A stretch of DNA of 64,000 nucleotides from Microbotryum violaceum (lineage: Eukaryota). Numbering within the stretch: position 1 is the first letter of the stretch; each line of letters starts with the position of its first letter. The stretch covers positions 310,001 through 374,000 of the forward strand of contig CDLV01000011.1 of assembly GCA_001244265.2 (NCBI GenBank), in the 5' to 3' direction. The notes under the pieces are model-generated. The model had not been told where the DNA came from and searched no databases. It saw only the letters and a list, made by a program, of their open reading frames with translations. Shown piece by piece: positions 61,322 through 64,000 of this stretch. Both the position numbers and the translations under genes were made by a program.

Positions 61322-64000
61322 ATGGGGAACCTGACATCAGGGATGGAGCACACTACCCCGTCATCGACGGCCCGTCCGCCTCAAAGGTCGCAAGGTCGGC
61401 TCCGATCGAGTCGGACCTGCGCCTTGTGGATGACGATGGTGGCGATGCTCGTCGGGCTGGTGTCCGCAGCCGACAGCAACTCGCCGAAGCTCGCCCACAC
61501 CCTCTTCAACAATCTGCCCGCCCGAATATTCTTCTTTGACGATACACCGGTACGTCCCTACCTATCTAGGAGCTTCCTTCCTCACCCAACGCTCGACCAA
61601 CGATCATGCACCACCCACGAGGGCGGAGGAGCGAGCTCAGGTGGCGCGTCGTGCAGCGCGGCGACATTATAGCTTCGGCAGTGAAGCTCCGAGTGACTGA
61701 GCTCAGTGGCGCAGTCGTTTGTCGAGGGCCCCTCGCCCAAAGGAGCAGCACCCCGCTGGGAACAGTGGTGCCAGTTCGATCGCGGACTCGCGACAGGACC
61801 GGCGCTTGAGCTCGGGCAAGACCCGATTCGGCGAGTCGCTTGCGTCATTTCACGCGTGCGCACACCCCACCCCGACACGTCTTCGGCACCGTTATGAGTT
61901 CACACTATCGAAGTTGGCAATCGGTTCAGATCACTATGACTGGGGTGCTCCGGGTCGGCTCTGAAGGGCGCTCTCGCTGCAGGCCCAAATCGCCGAGTTG
62001 CCGTGTCTTCGTCGATCCGCTGGCGTGTTGCTGACATCTCCGTCTTCCCCCTTGTGCTTCGTCTGTGACTTGGGCCCGAATGCTGGACTGCGCTACCTTT
62101 CGTCCGCACATGCAGGTCGTCATCTACCACGATCAAATTGGAAAGAACGTCTGGAGATCCAGTGATGAAGGGAAAAAGTGGGATATCATATCGGGCGTGC
62201 CTCTTGGTCAGGCAATGTTGGTCATCGATCACCCGTACGACAGCCATATCGTAAGTTCATTCCGAGTCTCAACCTTTCAGGAAGTACGAACAGGATTGCC
62301 CTGACCCCGAATTTGCAGGCTTTCATCCTCACCTCCACCACAACGCATTATCGGACTATGAACCGAGGCGAGAGTTGGCAAAGTTTTACCACTGCGCTAC
62401 CGCCGTCGCTGAGTGCGAACACCCTCAGCTTTCATGCCACAAGATGGGAGTGGATTCTCTACACTGGTCAAAACTGTCAGGACTTAGGGGGATGGCGAGG
62501 ACGCATCTGCCACGACGAGGTACGCGCCCCTCTACGCCCGATGGCTCAGATACCCACGGTCGTCATCAGCCCAGCTGAACTAGGGCAGTTTGACTTGCCA
62601 GACATTCTATACCCAGGATGCCTTCGCCTCGTCACCTCATCTGCTGCTCAAATACACCTCCCGCTGCATTTTTGCGCACGACAAGAAGGAATATCCGAAG
62701 GGCGTTCTTGACGAGCTTGTCTACTGCGTCGCGTTCGAGCCGCCGTCCGATCAAAGCCCCCAAGGTACACTTGCGGCTCTTCTGGGCGGCTCACGTACGC
62801 TCCGCGAGTCGAGGCTCTACTCGTCGACTGACTTTTTCCAGACTGACCGTACCTTCGTCGATCTCGGCATTGGGAAGGAGGCTCGAGGGGTGGTCGGCAT
62901 CGGTGGCGTTCAGAAGTATCTCGTCTGCGCGCTCAAGCCCTCAGCGGACAGTGATGGCTCGGGCGGCGAGATGGTTCTTTACGTGACGGAGAATGGCGAC
63001 CAGTGGTCACGCGCTCTTTTCCCCCATGGACATGGCCTGAAAGAAAATGCCTACACGATCGTAGAGTCGACCACACATTCGATCCTGGTTGATGTCAACT
63101 CGAACCCCCTCAGTAGCTCGGGCACGCTGTTTACCAGCAATTCGAACGGTACCCTCTTCGTGCGTAGCCTCGAACACACAAATCGGAACAAGATGGGGAT
63201 CGTAGACTTCGAGAAGCTGGTCAGTGTTGAAGGTGTCGCCATCGTGAATACCGTCAGCAATCACCAAGAGGTTGAGGCCGGAGAAGAAAAATCGCTCAAG
63301 ACGCGCATCACATTCGACGATGGTGAGCCTGCACATAGTCGTCGTGCTACGCCGAGATGGTCGGACAGTAGTCAGCGACTGATTGGCTTTCCTCCTACGT
63401 TGATCACGTGGCAGGGGCCCGATGGAATCTCTTGAAGGCGCCTTCGACGGACAACGAAGGCAAGAAAGTTAAATGCGATACCAGCGACCTCGAGACCTGC
63501 TCTTTGCATTTGCATTCGGTCACGCAGCCGCACAATTACGGCCGGGTCTTCTCATCTACTGCACCAGGACTCGTCATGGGCGTGGGCTCTATCGGTGCCC
63601 GCCTATTGCCCTACGATGAATGTGACACATTCCTCAGCACAGACGCAGGCCTGACGTGGAGAATGGTCGACGACGGGGCCAACAAGTACGAGTTTGGGGA
63701 CCAAGGCTCGATCATCATCATGGTTGAGGATGAAGAAGCGACGGATAGCCTCAAATACTCGTTCGATTTTGGCAGGACATGGTCGGTGACGGCCGCAGTG
63801 CGAGGGATCTAGTTTGCCGCCGGTCTCTAGCCCGCTGACACATCCTGGGATTGTGCCCCCCCCTCTCCCCTCTTTCTCTCCCATTCTTCCTTGCTTTCCT
63901 TCCTCTTCGGTATACCAGGAAGGAAGTTGATCTCGGTGTTAAAGTCCGCGCAAGGCTTCTCACAACTGCTCCCGATTCGACAACCCTCTCGTTCATCCTG
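61322..64000 (+). CDS. VPS10: Vacuolar protein sorting receptor Vps10/sortilin (partial; continues beyond the window)
   Basis: Signal peptide, BNR repeats (SSDEGKKW, TMNRGESW, STDAGLTW), YTIVEST, VDFEK..EG and CSLHLHS. Confidence 0.93.

Noticed and set aside
8100-64000. Numerous long antisense or overlapping ORFs in the six-frame track
   Set aside because: Expected shadows of GC-rich coding sequence; they overlap well-supported genes and lack motifs.

Overview
Eukaryotic, GC-rich, intron-dense fungal DNA. GTGAGT/GTCAGT/GTACGT donors and GCTGAC-type branch sites suggest a basidiomycete (inferred from style only). About 8.5-64 kb is mostly ordinary spliced housekeeping genes: ADIP/Msd1-like, SRP receptor alpha, Pep12-like syntaxin, Pus1, Hrt3-like F-box, Arc40, Dad3, Sec24, a GH5 hydrolase, Tfb2, MMTAG2-like, a Sly41-like transporter, Rps15, cytochrome c heme lyase, a PQ-loop protein, Cdd1, Rtf1, endonuclease V, Dma1, p24 and a partial Vps10. 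This part also holds a 920-bp hAT-type non-autonomous transposon with an exact 8-bp TSD and a possible Crypton remnant. The first 8.1 kb is the unusual part. (i) A GIY-YIG-like nuclease ORF is caught in an inverted duplication. (ii) A degenerate tandem repeat carries 5' halves of tRNA-Leu. (iii) A gap-free head-to-tail stack of four poly(A)-tailed minus-strand segments (three 5'-truncated copies of one L1/Tx1-like LINE plus one different sequence) ends 64 bp upstream of an intron-containing tRNA-Leu(AAG) gene. This is a candidate tRNA-gene-targeted non-LTR retrotransposon system in a fungus. Gene spans were read by eye and include introns; some ends are approximate.
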